From positions 13,035 to 77,034 of the forward strand of contig CAZYWP010000002.1 in NCBI GenBank assembly GCA_964651495.1: a stretch of DNA of 64,000 bases, given 5' to 3'. The stretch comes from an uncultured Eubacteriales bacterium (GTDB taxonomy: Bacteria > Acidobacteriota > Aminicenantia > Aminicenantales > UBA8522). Position numbers and translations under genes: made by a program. The notes below the pieces were generated by a model. It was not told the DNA's origin. It did not search any database and saw nothing but the letters and a program-made list of their open reading frames with translations. Within the stretch, counting starts at the first letter, position 1. Every line of letters begins with the position of its first letter. Positions 25,635 to 35,277 of the stretch are shown piece after piece.

Positions 25635-26973
25635 TCTCGATATTTTTTTTCTCAATGAGAAAAAGAGCTTTTGTCCGGGGTGTAACCTTGAACTCCTCGG
25701 CGACGGGAAGTCCGAGAACCCAGATGATTTGATCGCCGGATAAAAAAACGGGGCGCCGGTCGCGTTCACGTAGAGGGATCCCTTTCGCCCGCATGAGCTC
25801 TTTGAGTTTTTTCCGGCCGGGGGCGCCCAGCGGCCGGTAGCGGTCTCCCTCGCGGCGGCTGCGGGCGACGATGGGAAAGCGCAGCCGGGCGGCGTCCAGG
25901 TAGGCTCTGCGGCCGTCAGCAAAAGAAAATCCAGGATTCGTCCTCGCGGAGAGCCTTTTCCCCGCGAAGCGGTGGCCGGTCTCGCCGATATCGAGGTCCT
26001 CTCTCCCGTCCCAGACATACTCATAACTTACCGCTTGTTCAGGCTGGTCTTGGAGAAAAATTTGGCCCCTCTCTCGGGCCAGGACCAGGCTTCCCGGAAG
26101 GTGGAGTTTCCTGCCCTCGTCCAGGCGGCGGACGGCCTCGACATCGGCAAAGGAGATCCTCCGCAGGTCGCCCTTGAGCCGGGAAATCCATTCCCGCACC
26201 GCGCGCCGGGCCAGCGCGGCCGGGAGTGAAGCTAAGGCCGCGGCGTCAAGCCGGAGCCGGCCTTTTCTCAGGGTCATAACTTTTTCCATCCTCCGCCGGG
26301 AAATTGTCCTCAGCCACTCCTCATCTTCCCGGGCGATCTCGGCCAGACGGGCGAGATTCTGCCTGATTTTGGGTTCAAAATGCTCCTGGAGATACGGGAT
26401 GAGGAGAAGGCGGATTCTGTTTCTCAGGTAGCGCAGGTCCCGGTTGCTTTCATCCTCGCAGTAGGTAACCCCCTTCTCCTCGAGATACGCTTCGACCTCG
26501 CTTCTCTCGACCTCGAGAAGGGGGCGGACGATCAGACCGTCGACCAGAGGAGCGATCCCCGCCAGCCCGGCCGGCCCGCTTCCTCTCAACAGCCGCATCA
26601 GCACGGTCTCAGCCTGATCGTTTAGGGTGTGGCCCGTGGCCACTTTAGCCGCTCCGATCCTGGCGGCCGTCTCCCGGAGGAATTCATACCGGCGCCCTCG
26701 GCCGGCTTCCTCGATGTTGAGTCCGTGTGCCGCGGCGTAGGACCGAATATCTTCTCTCCGCAGATAGAGGGGAAGGCCTGACCGCCGGGCCGTCTCGGCC
26801 ACGAATCGCTCATCCCTGTCGGCTGACCGCCGCAGCCTGTGGTTGAAATGGGCCAGCGCCAGACGCAGCGAGTATTCGGGCTGGAGTTCGAGGAGGACGG
26901 TCAGGAGCCCCATGGAGTCCGCGCCCCCCGAACAGGCGACGAGAACCTTGTCGCCCTTTTTCAGCAGGCCCAA
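25576..26973 (-). CDS. tilS: tRNA(Ile)-lysidine synthetase.
   Basis: PP-loop VLVACSGGADS and the TilS-like substrate-binding and C-terminal regions are present. The listed ORF runs upstream through the tRNA gene, so the true start must lie 3' of the tRNA. The only canonical in-frame start there is TTG at 26973, which would give MGLLKKGDKVLVACSGGADS. Confidence 0.7.
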   Translation of the reverse strand: MGLLKKGDKVLVACSGGADSMGLLTVLLELQPEYSLRLALAHFNHRLRRSADRDERFVAETARRSGLPLYLRREDIRSYAAAHGLNIEEAGRGRRYEFLRETAARIGAAKVATGHTLNDQAETVLMRLLRGSGPAGLAGIAPLVDGLIVRPLLEVERSEVEAYLEEKGVTYCEDESNRDLRYLRNRIRLLLIPYLQEHFEPKIRQNLARLAEIAREDEEWLRTISRRRMEKVMTLRKGRLRLDAAALASLPAALARRAVREWISRLKGDLRRISFADVEAVRRLDEGRKLHLPGSLVLARERGQIFLQDQPEQAVSYEYVWDGREDLDIGETGHRFAGKRLSARTNPGFSFADGRRAYLDAARLRFPIVARSRREGDRYRPLGAPGRKKLKELMRAKGIPLRERDRRPVFLSGDQIIWVLGLPVAEEFKVTPRTKALFLIEKKNIEIRGNSLSRSRTRAEPRADG

Positions 26974-27133
26974 TCGAGCGATCGTTTTTTTAACTTCGGC
27001 CGGGAATTTCCGGCCGCGCTTCCCGGGGTTTCCCGGCCTTCCTGACCCAGCGCTTCTTCCGGCTATGGCTTTTATTCGAGTTTTCCGATCGTTTATATAA
27101 AAATAATATGAATTCGCTCCTGGAGATATAGAA

Positions 27134-27207
27134 TGGCGGTGGAGGGATTTGAACCCCCGACTCTGCGGATATGAGCCGCATGCTCTGACCAACTGAGCTA
27201 CACCGCC
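27134..27207 (-). tRNA. tRNA with anticodon CAU, elongator type (tRNA-Met or tRNA-Ile2 / lysidine substrate).
   Basis: The 74-nt minus-strand sequence is GGCGGTGTAGCTCAGTTGGTCAGAGCATGCGGCTCATATCCGCAGAGTCGGGGGTTCAAATCCCTCCACCGCCA. It folds as a cloverleaf: 7-bp acceptor stem, D-arm GCTC/GAGC, anticodon stem TGCGG/CCGCA with loop CTCATAT, and T-arm GGGGG-TTCAAAT-CCCTC. It has a G1-C72 pair, not the initiator C1xA72 mismatch, and no encoded CCA. Confidence 0.85.
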
Positions 27208-27249
27208 GGGTCCGATCAATTTTAACGGAACACCCATTTGAAGTCAATT

Positions 27250-28545
27250 TCAGCGGACCAGCCCGATGATCTCTCTGATCCCGATCCAGACAAAAAAGGC
27301 AAGAGTGACGGCGAGGAGAATGTTGATCACCGTGCTGTTCTTGAAATCCCGGCCGACCAGCCGGGAACGGTTGTTGAGCAGGAGGAGCGTCAGGGCGACG
27401 AAGGGCAGGAAGAGCGCGCCCACGATGCCGTAGACGAGCTGGACCTGCTGGACTTTGAACCACAGGAGGGTCAGGGGAAGCACGGAGAGGGCCACCAGGT
27501 AAGCGCGGTAGGCGCGGGTCCCGGCCAGGTCGACTCCCTTGGTCCGCTCCTGACCGGCCTTCCGCCGAAGACGCAAAAAATCGGCGAACAGGTAGGGCAC
27601 GCCCTGCCAGACGCCGAGAAGGCTCGAGAACACCGCACCCCAGAACCCGAAAAGAAATATCCACTTACCGAAAGGGCCGAGGGCCATGGCCAGCTGATCG
27701 GCCAGCACCAGGGCGACGGTGTCCCCCCTCCCCACGACCTTGACCCGGGACCCGATAATGACCATGGCCACGCCGAAAAACGCCGTCAGCGTATAGGCAA
27801 CGGCCAGGTCAAACCGGCTCGCCCGCAGTCCCGGCCGGCCCGCCCTCCCCTTCTCCCGTATCCAGTAGCTGTAGCAGAGAAGGGTGACCGTGCCGCCGAC
27901 GCCCCCGAGGACCGCCAGCATCCAGCCGGTCCCTCCCTTCGGAATCGCGGGAATGACCAGGCCTTTGGCCACCGCACTCCAGTCCGGCGAAACCAAGGCC
28001 ACCGTCAGGAGCACGGCCGCGACCATGATGACAATGAGGAAAGACATGACATACTGGAAGGCTCTAAACCCGCCCGCCCAGACCAGGGCCAAGCCGACAA
28101 CGGAATGGATAATACCCCAGATGATTCTGGACGTGCCCGGATCGCCGACGGGGAGTAGCCCCGCGCCCGCCACTCCGCAGGCGTTGATGAGCGCCCCGCC
28201 CACCGCGTACGACCAGACCAGGAAATAGGCAAAAAAAACCCACTGCATTCCGGCCCCGAGATGGCGAAGCCAGCCCTCGAGAAGGGTGGCCGAGGTGGCC
28301 ATCTGCCAGCGGGCGATGCCCTCATTGAGCACCCACTTGAGCAGGGCCCCGGCCAGGGCCGCCCAGAGGAGAGCCAGACCGACCTCGGACCCGGCCAGGC
28401 TGGCGGTGATCAAATCGCCGGCCCCCACTCCCGTCGCGGCGACGATGAGCCCGAGTACGACCTTGGAGAAGAAGGAGTCGGCCCGCTGGGAAGGACCGCG
28501 GCGGGCGCTCGTTTCCTCGGAGGGGCTATGCGGATTCTTGCTCAA
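27250..28545 (-). CDS. mntH: Nramp-family divalent metal (Mn2+/Fe2+) transporter.
   Basis: An 11-12 transmembrane protein with Nramp signatures (GPGFLMSIAF-like GAGDLITASLAGSEVG and the consensus transport motif region). TTG start at 28545. Confidence 0.75.
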   Translation of the reverse strand: MSKNPHSPSEETSARRGPSQRADSFFSKVVLGLIVAATGVGAGDLITASLAGSEVGLALLWAALAGALLKWVLNEGIARWQMATSATLLEGWLRHLGAGMQWVFFAYFLVWSYAVGGALINACGVAGAGLLPVGDPGTSRIIWGIIHSVVGLALVWAGGFRAFQYVMSFLIVIMVAAVLLTVALVSPDWSAVAKGLVIPAIPKGGTGWMLAVLGGVGGTVTLLCYSYWIREKGRAGRPGLRASRFDLAVAYTLTAFFGVAMVIIGSRVKVVGRGDTVALVLADQLAMALGPFGKWIFLFGFWGAVFSSLLGVWQGVPYLFADFLRLRRKAGQERTKGVDLAGTRAYRAYLVALSVLPLTLLWFKVQQVQLVYGIVGALFLPFVALTLLLLNNRSRLVGRDFKNSTVINILLAVTLAFFVWIGIREIIGLVR

Positions 28546-28804
28546 GACTCTCGGCGAGACCGGGCTTCATCCAGGGCGGTCGCGGGGGGAATTCTGAGGT
28601 GTTGATTTGTAATCATGGCCTTTTCCGGCGCTGGCCCCGGAAATCGCCAGCTTACACGGAATCGCCTATTTTCTCAACCTGGTCTCCCGGTTGATTTCCC
28701 GGCTTGACAAGGGTCCCTCAATCGGATAATTATGTATCCGCTTTCTTTGCTGAAAGGAGTGAGGGAGTTTAGCGGGGATTTTTGCCTTTCCTCTTGATCC
28801 AGCC

Positions 28805-30508
28805 ATGAAAAAAATCGGCAAGTATAAGATCCTCGGTATCATCGGAAAAGGCGGCATGGGGATCGTCTACAAAGCCCTCGACCCGGACATCGAGCGGGAA
28901 GTCGCCATCAAGACGATCCGTTTCGACACCCTGACCGAGGGAATGGAAAAAGAGGAGATGCTGACCCGGGTCATCCGGGAAGCCAAGGCGGCGGGGCGGC
29001 TGAACCACCCCAACATCATCACGGTCTACGATGTCGTCCGGGACAAGGACCTGACCTATATCGTCATGCAGTATGTCGACGGCCAGAGCCTCCAGGCCCT
29101 GATTGATTCGGGCAAGATTTTCTCGCCGCAGGAGATCATCGGCCTCCTCAACCCGATCTCCGAATCCCTGGATTATGCCCATCAAAACGGGATCGTCCAC
29201 CGGGATATCAAGCCGGGGAACATCCTGCTCGACAAGGCCGGCCAGCCCTACCTGGCCGATTTCGGCGTCGCCCGGATCGAGACGTCCACTCTGACCCAGG
29301 CCGGGACGACGGTGGGGACGCTCAGCTACATGTCCCCGGAGCAGGTCAAGGGAGAGGTGGTGGACAACCGTTCGGATATCTTCGCCCTGGGTGTCATCCT
29401 CTACGAGCTGCTGTCCGGAAAAAAGCCCTTTGCCGGGGACAACCTTTCCACCATCGTTTACAAAATCGTCCATGAACCTCCCCCTCGGCTCAGCGAGATC
29501 AAGAAAGACCTTCCCGGCGCTTACGAGGCGGTAATCCAGAAGGCGCTGGCCAAAAACCGGGAAGACCGCTACCAGAGTTGCCGGGAGCTTGTCTCCGCCC
29601 TGGAACATCCCGACCGGGTGGCCGAAGCGACGCTGGCCTACGAGATCAAAAAAGGGCGCGGAGCAGAAAACGGGGGCCGGCGAAAATTGAGGCTGGCCGC
29701 GGCGGGCGCGCTGCTTCTCGCAGTGGTGGCGGCGGGCGCTTACTTCATTTTCGTCCCGCGCTCAAAAAAGCCCGTCGGGTTCACTCAAGAAATCCAGGCT
29801 ATGAAAAAAGAAGGCATCAGCCCGCTGACCAGGTCGGCCGGCGCTCCTGCCGTCTCCAGTCCGGCGGCCGAATCGGCCGACCCGGGTGTCGCGAGGATCA
29901 GGGACGCCTTCACGGCAGGACGTTATGCAGAAGCGGCCAAGCTGGCCGAGGACATTCTCCAGCGCTCGCCGGCCGACCAGACGGCGCAAGATTATCTGAA
30001 GAAGGCCCGGGCCGAGATTCTCAACTCCCAGCTGGCTCCCCTTCTCCAGTCCGGCGTCGCCAGCTACAACAGCGGAAATTATGCCCGGTGCGTCCAGGAC
30101 ATGGAAAAGACCCTGAAGCTGGACAAGGAGAACAAGGAAGCGCAGGCTTGGCTTTTCAAGGCCGATGAGGCCATGGCTAAAACGGAAATCCGGCAGGTTG
30201 TCGAGAGTTTCCGGACGGCCATAGAAAGCATGGACTTACTGACCATCCTCAGCCTTATCGGCTCGCCAATCCTGGCCAGCGAGCAACAGACAGACTATCA
30301 ATTGTTATTCAACAGATACAACAACATCAAGTATAAAATATCCAATATCTCGATCAAGTACCTGGGGAGATGGAATGCCACTGCGAGCTTTTCTTATCTC
30401 CGGACAGCGGTATACAAAAAAGACGGGATGATCAAGTCTGCCGAGGGCACTAGAGCCTGGCAGCTCAAGAAGCAAGGAAGTGCCTGGAAGATTACAGGCT
30501 TAAAATAA
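28805..30508 (+). CDS. Receptor-type Ser/Thr protein kinase (Hanks family) with a C-terminal extracytoplasmic TPR-like and NTF2-like region.
   Basis: Kinase motifs GKGGMGIVYKA, AIK, HRDIKPGNILL, DFG, SPE and an APE-like GTLSYMSPE. One transmembrane segment (LRLAAAGALLLAVVAAGAYFIFV). The last roughly 120 aa look NTF2/SnoaL-like. Confidence 0.8.
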   Translation: MKKIGKYKILGIIGKGGMGIVYKALDPDIEREVAIKTIRFDTLTEGMEKEEMLTRVIREAKAAGRLNHPNIITVYDVVRDKDLTYIVMQYVDGQSLQALIDSGKIFSPQEIIGLLNPISESLDYAHQNGIVHRDIKPGNILLDKAGQPYLADFGVARIETSTLTQAGTTVGTLSYMSPEQVKGEVVDNRSDIFALGVILYELLSGKKPFAGDNLSTIVYKIVHEPPPRLSEIKKDLPGAYEAVIQKALAKNREDRYQSCRELVSALEHPDRVAEATLAYEIKKGRGAENGGRRKLRLAAAGALLLAVVAAGAYFIFVPRSKKPVGFTQEIQAMKKEGISPLTRSAGAPAVSSPAAESADPGVARIRDAFTAGRYAEAAKLAEDILQRSPADQTAQDYLKKARAEILNSQLAPLLQSGVASYNSGNYARCVQDMEKTLKLDKENKEAQAWLFKADEAMAKTEIRQVVESFRTAIESMDLLTILSLIGSPILASEQQTDYQLLFNRYNNIKYKISNISIKYLGRWNATASFSYLRTAVYKKDGMIKSAEGTRAWQLKKQGSAWKITGLK

Positions 30509-30538
30509 AATCAATTCGATGTCCTAAAGGAGCCGGCG

Positions 30539-32485
30539 ATGGAGCCAAAGAAAGGGCCCAGAAGTGTAGTGGTAATAGCGTTGTGTTTTCTTTCTTTCTT
30601 TCTCGCAGTCAGCCCTCAATCGGCGCTAAAAGTTAAAGTCGTCGCTGAAAACGCCAACATCAAGGCGACTCCAGAGCTCGGCGGCCAAGTGCTGACCGGT
30701 GTCCCCATAAACACGATTCTGGATACCGAACTCAAACAGGGTGAGTTCTACAAGGTCGTCTGGACGAAGGACGGAATTCCTATCACCGGCTATATCCATG
30801 AATTCCATGTCCAGGAGCTCAGTGGGGAAGAGGCGCAGCAGACTTCGGCTGCCGTTGGCCTCGTCAAAACCCAAGACCAGATTATCGTAGAAATTGCGAT
30901 GAAGCTGGAGGAAAGCAGGAATCTGGTCAGGCTGGGAAGAGACCTGGAGATGGCCCTGAGCAATCTCCGGCCGCTCCTGGCCAAAGCTTTTGCGGTCGAG
31001 GATCACCAAAAACAAGGACAACTCGCCTGCGAGATTTATTATTGGCTTGGGCTAGCCTATGCGGGAAAAGAGGATAACTACGGTGCTCTTCAAGAATTTC
31101 GGAGCATGTTTGAAGTGGACGCCGATCACGCCAGGAATATCACCCGCAATAACCCTGATCCCATCATCAGCAACTTCATCGATTTGGCGGATAAGCAGTA
31201 TCGCGGCATCCTCATCGACTTTTCTCTGGAAATCATTTCCGACCCGAAAGAAGCGACGATTAAGATCGACGGAAAGGATATAGGAAAGACGACGCCCCAT
31301 GTCTATCGGACCCCGATTCCTAAATTTGATTTGGAGTTGGAGAAAGAGGGCTTCAAGCCCTACAGGGAACTAATCGTTCTCTACAAACCCACCGAGACAA
31401 GAAATATCAATCTGGAAAGCATCGGACGAACCCTCAGTATCAACTCTCTTCCGCCGGGCGCCCGGGTTTTTATCGACGGAGAAGACACCGGCAAGGTCAC
31501 CGACTGTGATCTGGCCTTCGTACCCTACGGCAGCCATACGGTCAAGCTGCAAAAGAAGGACTGGGCGGACTGGGAAGAGCCGCTCCAGTTGATCGAGGGC
31601 CCCGACCCGGTTTCTTTGGCCGCCGTGCTGACGGTGAAAAACTATGCCTTCGCCCGCAAGTGGGGCGGAGGGGAGACCAAGTTCTTCAAACTGCCCAGGG
31701 CGATCGCTTTTGACCGGGAGGGCAATTTTTACATCGCCGACGAGAGCGATTTCAAGGTCAGAAAATTCGACCCCGAAGGCCGGCTGCAAAGCAGCTGGGG
31801 CGATGCGGGCAGGGAGTTCCGGCCGCTCAAAGAGCCCGCCGGCATCCTCATCGACGGACAAGGGTTCGTCTATGTCAGCGACGCCAAAGGGGCCTGTGTG
31901 CTGAAGTTCGCCAAGAACGGGAAATTCGTCTCCAGATGGGGCAAGCCGGGCAGCCAGCCGGGCGAACTGAACTCGCCGCTCGGCCTCGCCGTTGACCGCA
32001 GCGGCGATATCTACGTGGCCGACGCGGGCAATAACCGTATCGTCAAGTACTCGACTGGCGGTGTGGTCAAAAAGGCCTGGGGAAAGCAGGGCACCGGCCA
32101 GGGGGAGTTCGTCTTTCCCGCCGCCGTTGCCGTTAACCGGAAGAATGAAGTCCTCGTCCTCGACCGGATGCGGGTCCAGAAATTCAGCCCCGAAGGAGAG
32201 TTCATCGCGGCGTGGGGGAAGGCCGGGACCGCAGCGGGGGAAATCAACAGACCCCAGGGTCTCTGCCTCGACCCGACTGATTACGTCTACATCGCCGACA
32301 CGGGAAACAACCGCATCCTGAAGTTCGACTCCGGCGGCAGGTTCATCACCCAATGGGGCGCCCCCGGCGCGGCCGATGGCCAGATGACGGCCCCCGTATC
32401 CATCACAGTCAACGACAAGGGAAGCGTTTTCGTCGTCGAAATGACCGCCGGCCGGATCCAGGAATTCAAGGTGCCGACTCAATAA
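30539..32485 (+). CDS. Secreted PEGA-domain plus NHL-repeat (6-bladed beta-propeller) protein.
   Basis: Signal peptide; two PEGA-like modules (PKEATIKIDGKDIGKTTP, PPGARVFIDGEDTGKVTD); at least five NHL-type repeats (FKLPRAIAFDREGNFYIADESDFKVRKFDPEG, LNSPLGLAVDRSGDIYVADAGNNRIVKY, and others). Confidence 0.7.
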   Translation: MEPKKGPRSVVVIALCFLSFFLAVSPQSALKVKVVAENANIKATPELGGQVLTGVPINTILDTELKQGEFYKVVWTKDGIPITGYIHEFHVQELSGEEAQQTSAAVGLVKTQDQIIVEIAMKLEESRNLVRLGRDLEMALSNLRPLLAKAFAVEDHQKQGQLACEIYYWLGLAYAGKEDNYGALQEFRSMFEVDADHARNITRNNPDPIISNFIDLADKQYRGILIDFSLEIISDPKEATIKIDGKDIGKTTPHVYRTPIPKFDLELEKEGFKPYRELIVLYKPTETRNINLESIGRTLSINSLPPGARVFIDGEDTGKVTDCDLAFVPYGSHTVKLQKKDWADWEEPLQLIEGPDPVSLAAVLTVKNYAFARKWGGGETKFFKLPRAIAFDREGNFYIADESDFKVRKFDPEGRLQSSWGDAGREFRPLKEPAGILIDGQGFVYVSDAKGACVLKFAKNGKFVSRWGKPGSQPGELNSPLGLAVDRSGDIYVADAGNNRIVKYSTGGVVKKAWGKQGTGQGEFVFPAAVAVNRKNEVLVLDRMRVQKFSPEGEFIAAWGKAGTAAGEINRPQGLCLDPTDYVYIADTGNNRILKFDSGGRFITQWGAPGAADGQMTAPVSITVNDKGSVFVVEMTAGRIQEFKVPTQ

Positions 32486-32560
32486 GCCGAATTTCGCCTC
32501 CTCCTGCCCGACCCGCTTAAATCCTGCCTTCCTGTCTCCAGACAGCCCGTTGTCTTCCTT

Positions 32561-33589
32561 CTATATCTTAATCGGAGTCACCACCAGGAGTAGAACGGTG
32601 ATGATGAAAATCAAGACAAGTAACGGAAACGCATACCAGGCCAGACGGCGCATCATCAAAGCCCGGGTGTCCCCCCTTCGCGGCCCGCGGTCCTCCCGCG
32701 GTGCTCCGATCAAGACAATCCCGATCAAGGCCAGAAAGCAGGATGAAATGACGAAACCCAGCGCCGAGCTGACTTCGGCGATGTCTTTGCGGGAAAACCC
32801 GAAGAGGGTTTGCAGGAATCCCGTCAAGGCAGCGACCACGCCGGTCGCGCCGAAAACAATCGAGGTCGCCTTCCCCGCCGCCCCGCGCCCCAAAAAAAGG
32901 AAGAGCAGCATCGCTCCTCCCCCGACCACCAGCAGTGAGGCCCAATCCAAGAAAGGGTTCCCCGGCCAAGGGGCAATCCTCCACTTGCCGAAAGAGGGTG
33001 AGATGGACCAGGCCAACACGCCGATGAGGAGGAGATAGCCGATGAAATTTGCGCTGCTCAGGCCGGTTCGTCTCGGTCCGCACATGCTCTCAGGACTTGC
33101 CGGGTTTGCGCTTCCAGACGTTCCGGCCGGGTCCTGCTGAGCCTTCAGGGCGGGCACCGCGCAGATGACGGCCAGGATCATTCCGTAAAGGGCCGGCCGA
33201 AAAGAAAGGGCCATGCCGGAGGCGATGGCCTGGATCCCCCCTTCCCCTTCTCCCACTTGAGAGAGGGCGAGGACAAAATTGATGACAGTGCCCAGGACTC
33301 CGAGGAGCCAGAAATTGCGTCCTGCCGCTTCCCAGAAATAGGGAACCAATGGGAGTTCGTTCCTGGGCACGGACAGGCCGACGAACCACCTCAGGCTGGT
33401 TCGGATCTCGGAGACAGAAAAACCCGTCAGAATCATGGACCCGCCGCCCAGGAGAAGAAAAACCAGGCCGGCTCCGGTCCAGAGGCGGGGAAAGCGGCCG
33501 GAAACAATGATCCCGGTCACCACAAGACCAACCAGAAAGAGTCTCATTCCGAGCACCACCGGGCGTTTTGAAACACGGTTCGCCGTCAT
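32561..33589 (-). CDS. Polytopic (about 9 TM) membrane protein of unknown function, last gene of the ECF sigma / anti-sigma operon.
   Basis: Nine hydrophobic segments. It starts 19 nt after the anti-sigma stop. Confidence 0.5.
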   Translation of the reverse strand: MTANRVSKRPVVLGMRLFLVGLVVTGIIVSGRFPRLWTGAGLVFLLLGGGSMILTGFSVSEIRTSLRWFVGLSVPRNELPLVPYFWEAAGRNFWLLGVLGTVINFVLALSQVGEGEGGIQAIASGMALSFRPALYGMILAVICAVPALKAQQDPAGTSGSANPASPESMCGPRRTGLSSANFIGYLLLIGVLAWSISPSFGKWRIAPWPGNPFLDWASLLVVGGGAMLLFLFLGRGAAGKATSIVFGATGVVAALTGFLQTLFGFSRKDIAEVSSALGFVISSCFLALIGIVLIGAPREDRGPRRGDTRALMMRRLAWYAFPLLVLIFIITVLLLVVTPIKI

Positions 33590-33607
33590 CGGATATCTCC
33601 TTTTGTC

Positions 33608-34474
33608 CTATGATTTGATGAGCTTCGTCTTTCCAGCCGGGCCGGCGTCCGCGGAGGATTTCACTGGCCCAGGCTCCAAGGGATTCCAGCGGAAAACGGC
33701 CTCTACTTTCTCACCCGAACCAATCTCTCTTTCCAGCCGGGCCGGGAGCCCGGTGCAGCTGTCCACAGTAATCCTCGACCGAGGCTCGACCCGGGGGCCG
33801 ACGATAAAGAAGGATTCCCAGTCACAGTCTCCCCGGCGCTCGCTACCCCCGGGCTGCCATCTCCCTTCGAGGAGCCCGACCAAGCGGGAAGGCGAGAGCA
33901 ACCCCTCGACCGGAAGCAATTCCGCGCCCAGCTCCGGTTCTATCTGTTCGACGGCACTCGCTGATTGAGCGAGTTGTTCCAGGACAGACCGGCTGGCCGG
34001 CGGCAGGCTGATCGTCCTGGTAAGTTCCTTATCCGGCCCGAGGATGCGGACGAGCGTCCGGCGCGGGGTCAGCCACTGGATGCGAAACTCCTGCAGCAGC
34101 TCGCCGCCTTTAGAGAATCGCACCAGGCATTCCATGGACCGGGCGGCCGAGATTTCCCCCGAAATTACGGCTACCTTCTGGTAGGCGGCGACGGAGTCGC
34201 CAAGGATGCTCCGGCGGCCCGGTCTGGAGAGCAAAAATCCCAGGACGATGAAGAGGACCGCGGCAGCCACCGGGACAGTCGGGGCTATGAGGATCCAAGG
34301 GCGTCGCCAGGTCAGGGCCGGGCGCATATCTTCCTGGACGGTTTCCTCCGTCCGGCGGCGGAATTGGTCCAGCCGCTTTCTCATCCTTGCCCCGACCTCT
34401 GGGGGGAGATCGTCCCGCAAAGTCTGCTTCAGGAGTCCGTCGATATCCGGTTCAAGCCGGTCTCTCTTTTTCAT
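33608..34474 (-). CDS. Membrane-anchored anti-sigma factor (single TM, roughly 190-aa periplasmic domain of unknown fold).
   Basis: ATG at 34474 overlaps the sigma stop in an ATGA arrangement and has a GGGGAGG ribosome-binding site. It has a short cytoplasmic N-terminal helix, the transmembrane segment WILIAPTVPVAAAVLFIVLGFLL, and a periplasmic domain. The longer listed ORF is an extension through the sigma gene. Confidence 0.55.
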   Translation of the reverse strand: MKKRDRLEPDIDGLLKQTLRDDLPPEVGARMRKRLDQFRRRTEETVQEDMRPALTWRRPWILIAPTVPVAAAVLFIVLGFLLSRPGRRSILGDSVAAYQKVAVISGEISAARSMECLVRFSKGGELLQEFRIQWLTPRRTLVRILGPDKELTRTISLPPASRSVLEQLAQSASAVEQIEPELGAELLPVEGLLSPSRLVGLLEGRWQPGGSERRGDCDWESFFIVGPRVEPRSRITVDSCTGLPARLEREIGSGEKVEAVFRWNPLEPGPVKSSADAGPAGKTKLIKS

Positions 34475-35079
34475 CGGAAGACCTCCCCGTTTGAAGATGT
34501 CCGAAGCTGCCGGAGCCAGCGGCTGAGCTTGGCCCGGGCCCGCAAGACGTGGGTTCGAGCTGTGCCCTCCCGGCAGCCGAGCACCCGCCCGATCTCTGCA
34601 TAAGACTGCTTTTCCAGGATCCTCATCAAGACCGCGACGGACTGTTTCCTGGGCAGGCGACTGATCGCTGCCAGAACTCTGGCCTCTGTCTCCTTCTCTG
34701 CCAGATCGTCGGGGACTGCGGGGGAAGGAATACGGTCTAGCCCGTTCGGCCCGGTGGACGATCGTCCTGCCCGTCGCTTGCGGAGTGTGTCGACGGCGGC
34801 GTTGGCACAGATTTTCAAGACCAGGGCTTGGGGATTGGGATGACCGGTGATCCGGTCCAGCCGCTTCCAGATCAAGGCCAGGGCATCCTGGAGGGTGTCT
34901 TCCGCCTCTTCCGGCTGGCGGACGATCCGCCAAATCGTCCTCATCATCCGGTCCTCCAGCGGGGCGATGAGCTCTTCGAAGGAGGGTTTGGCCCGGGCCA
35001 CGCTCATGACCCCAGCGCCGGAATTCTGCCGCAGGCGGGGAAGGGCCGCCGGATAGCCGAGCGAATCAGGTATATCCAT
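34471..35079 (-). CDS. ECF-family RNA polymerase sigma factor (sigma-70 regions 2 and 4).
   Basis: Region 2 TLQDALALIWKRL and region 4 QSYAEIGRVLGCREGTARTHVLRARAKL. The start is uncertain: 35079 or an internal start near 35007. Confidence 0.8.
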   Translation of the reverse strand: MDIPDSLGYPAALPRLRQNSGAGVMSVARAKPSFEELIAPLEDRMMRTIWRIVRQPEEAEDTLQDALALIWKRLDRITGHPNPQALVLKICANAAVDTLRKRRAGRSSTGPNGLDRIPSPAVPDDLAEKETEARVLAAISRLPRKQSVAVLMRILEKQSYAEIGRVLGCREGTARTHVLRARAKLSRWLRQLRTSSNGEVFR

Positions 35080-35277
35080 GTCCCGTCCATAAATGTAACC
35101 GTATTACAAAAACCCGGCGTTGACAACTCTTCGAGATGATCATCACTAAGACGGTGATGACTTCTGCAACCAAGTAAACCTTGTCTAATCAATTTTCGTA
35201 TGGAATAATGATGGTGACTTACGGATATGACGAGCAAATGGGACCGGACTTTAAAAAAATAAAAAGGAGGTACTCAA

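Noticed and set aside
27134-27237. The 553-aa listed ORF for tilS extends from 25576 up to 27237, and its N-terminal part runs across the tRNA gene.
   Set aside because: A CDS cannot include the tRNA. Trimmed to the first canonical start (TTG at 26973) downstream of the tRNA.
28546-28616. A 24-codon upstream ORF (MITNQHLRIPPATALDEARSRRES*) whose TGA overlaps the TTG start of the Nramp gene (TTGA); a possible regulatory leader peptide.
   Set aside because: Its ribosome-binding site is too close to the ATG (2-3 nt). There is no supporting structure and it is too short to assess without conservation data. Noted only as a possibility.
28704-28732. TTGACA-N15/17-GATAAT/TAATTA as a promoter for the Ser/Thr kinase gene.
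   Set aside because: The -35 element is good but the -10 is ambiguous (two alternative registers, each imperfect). Not reported as a feature.
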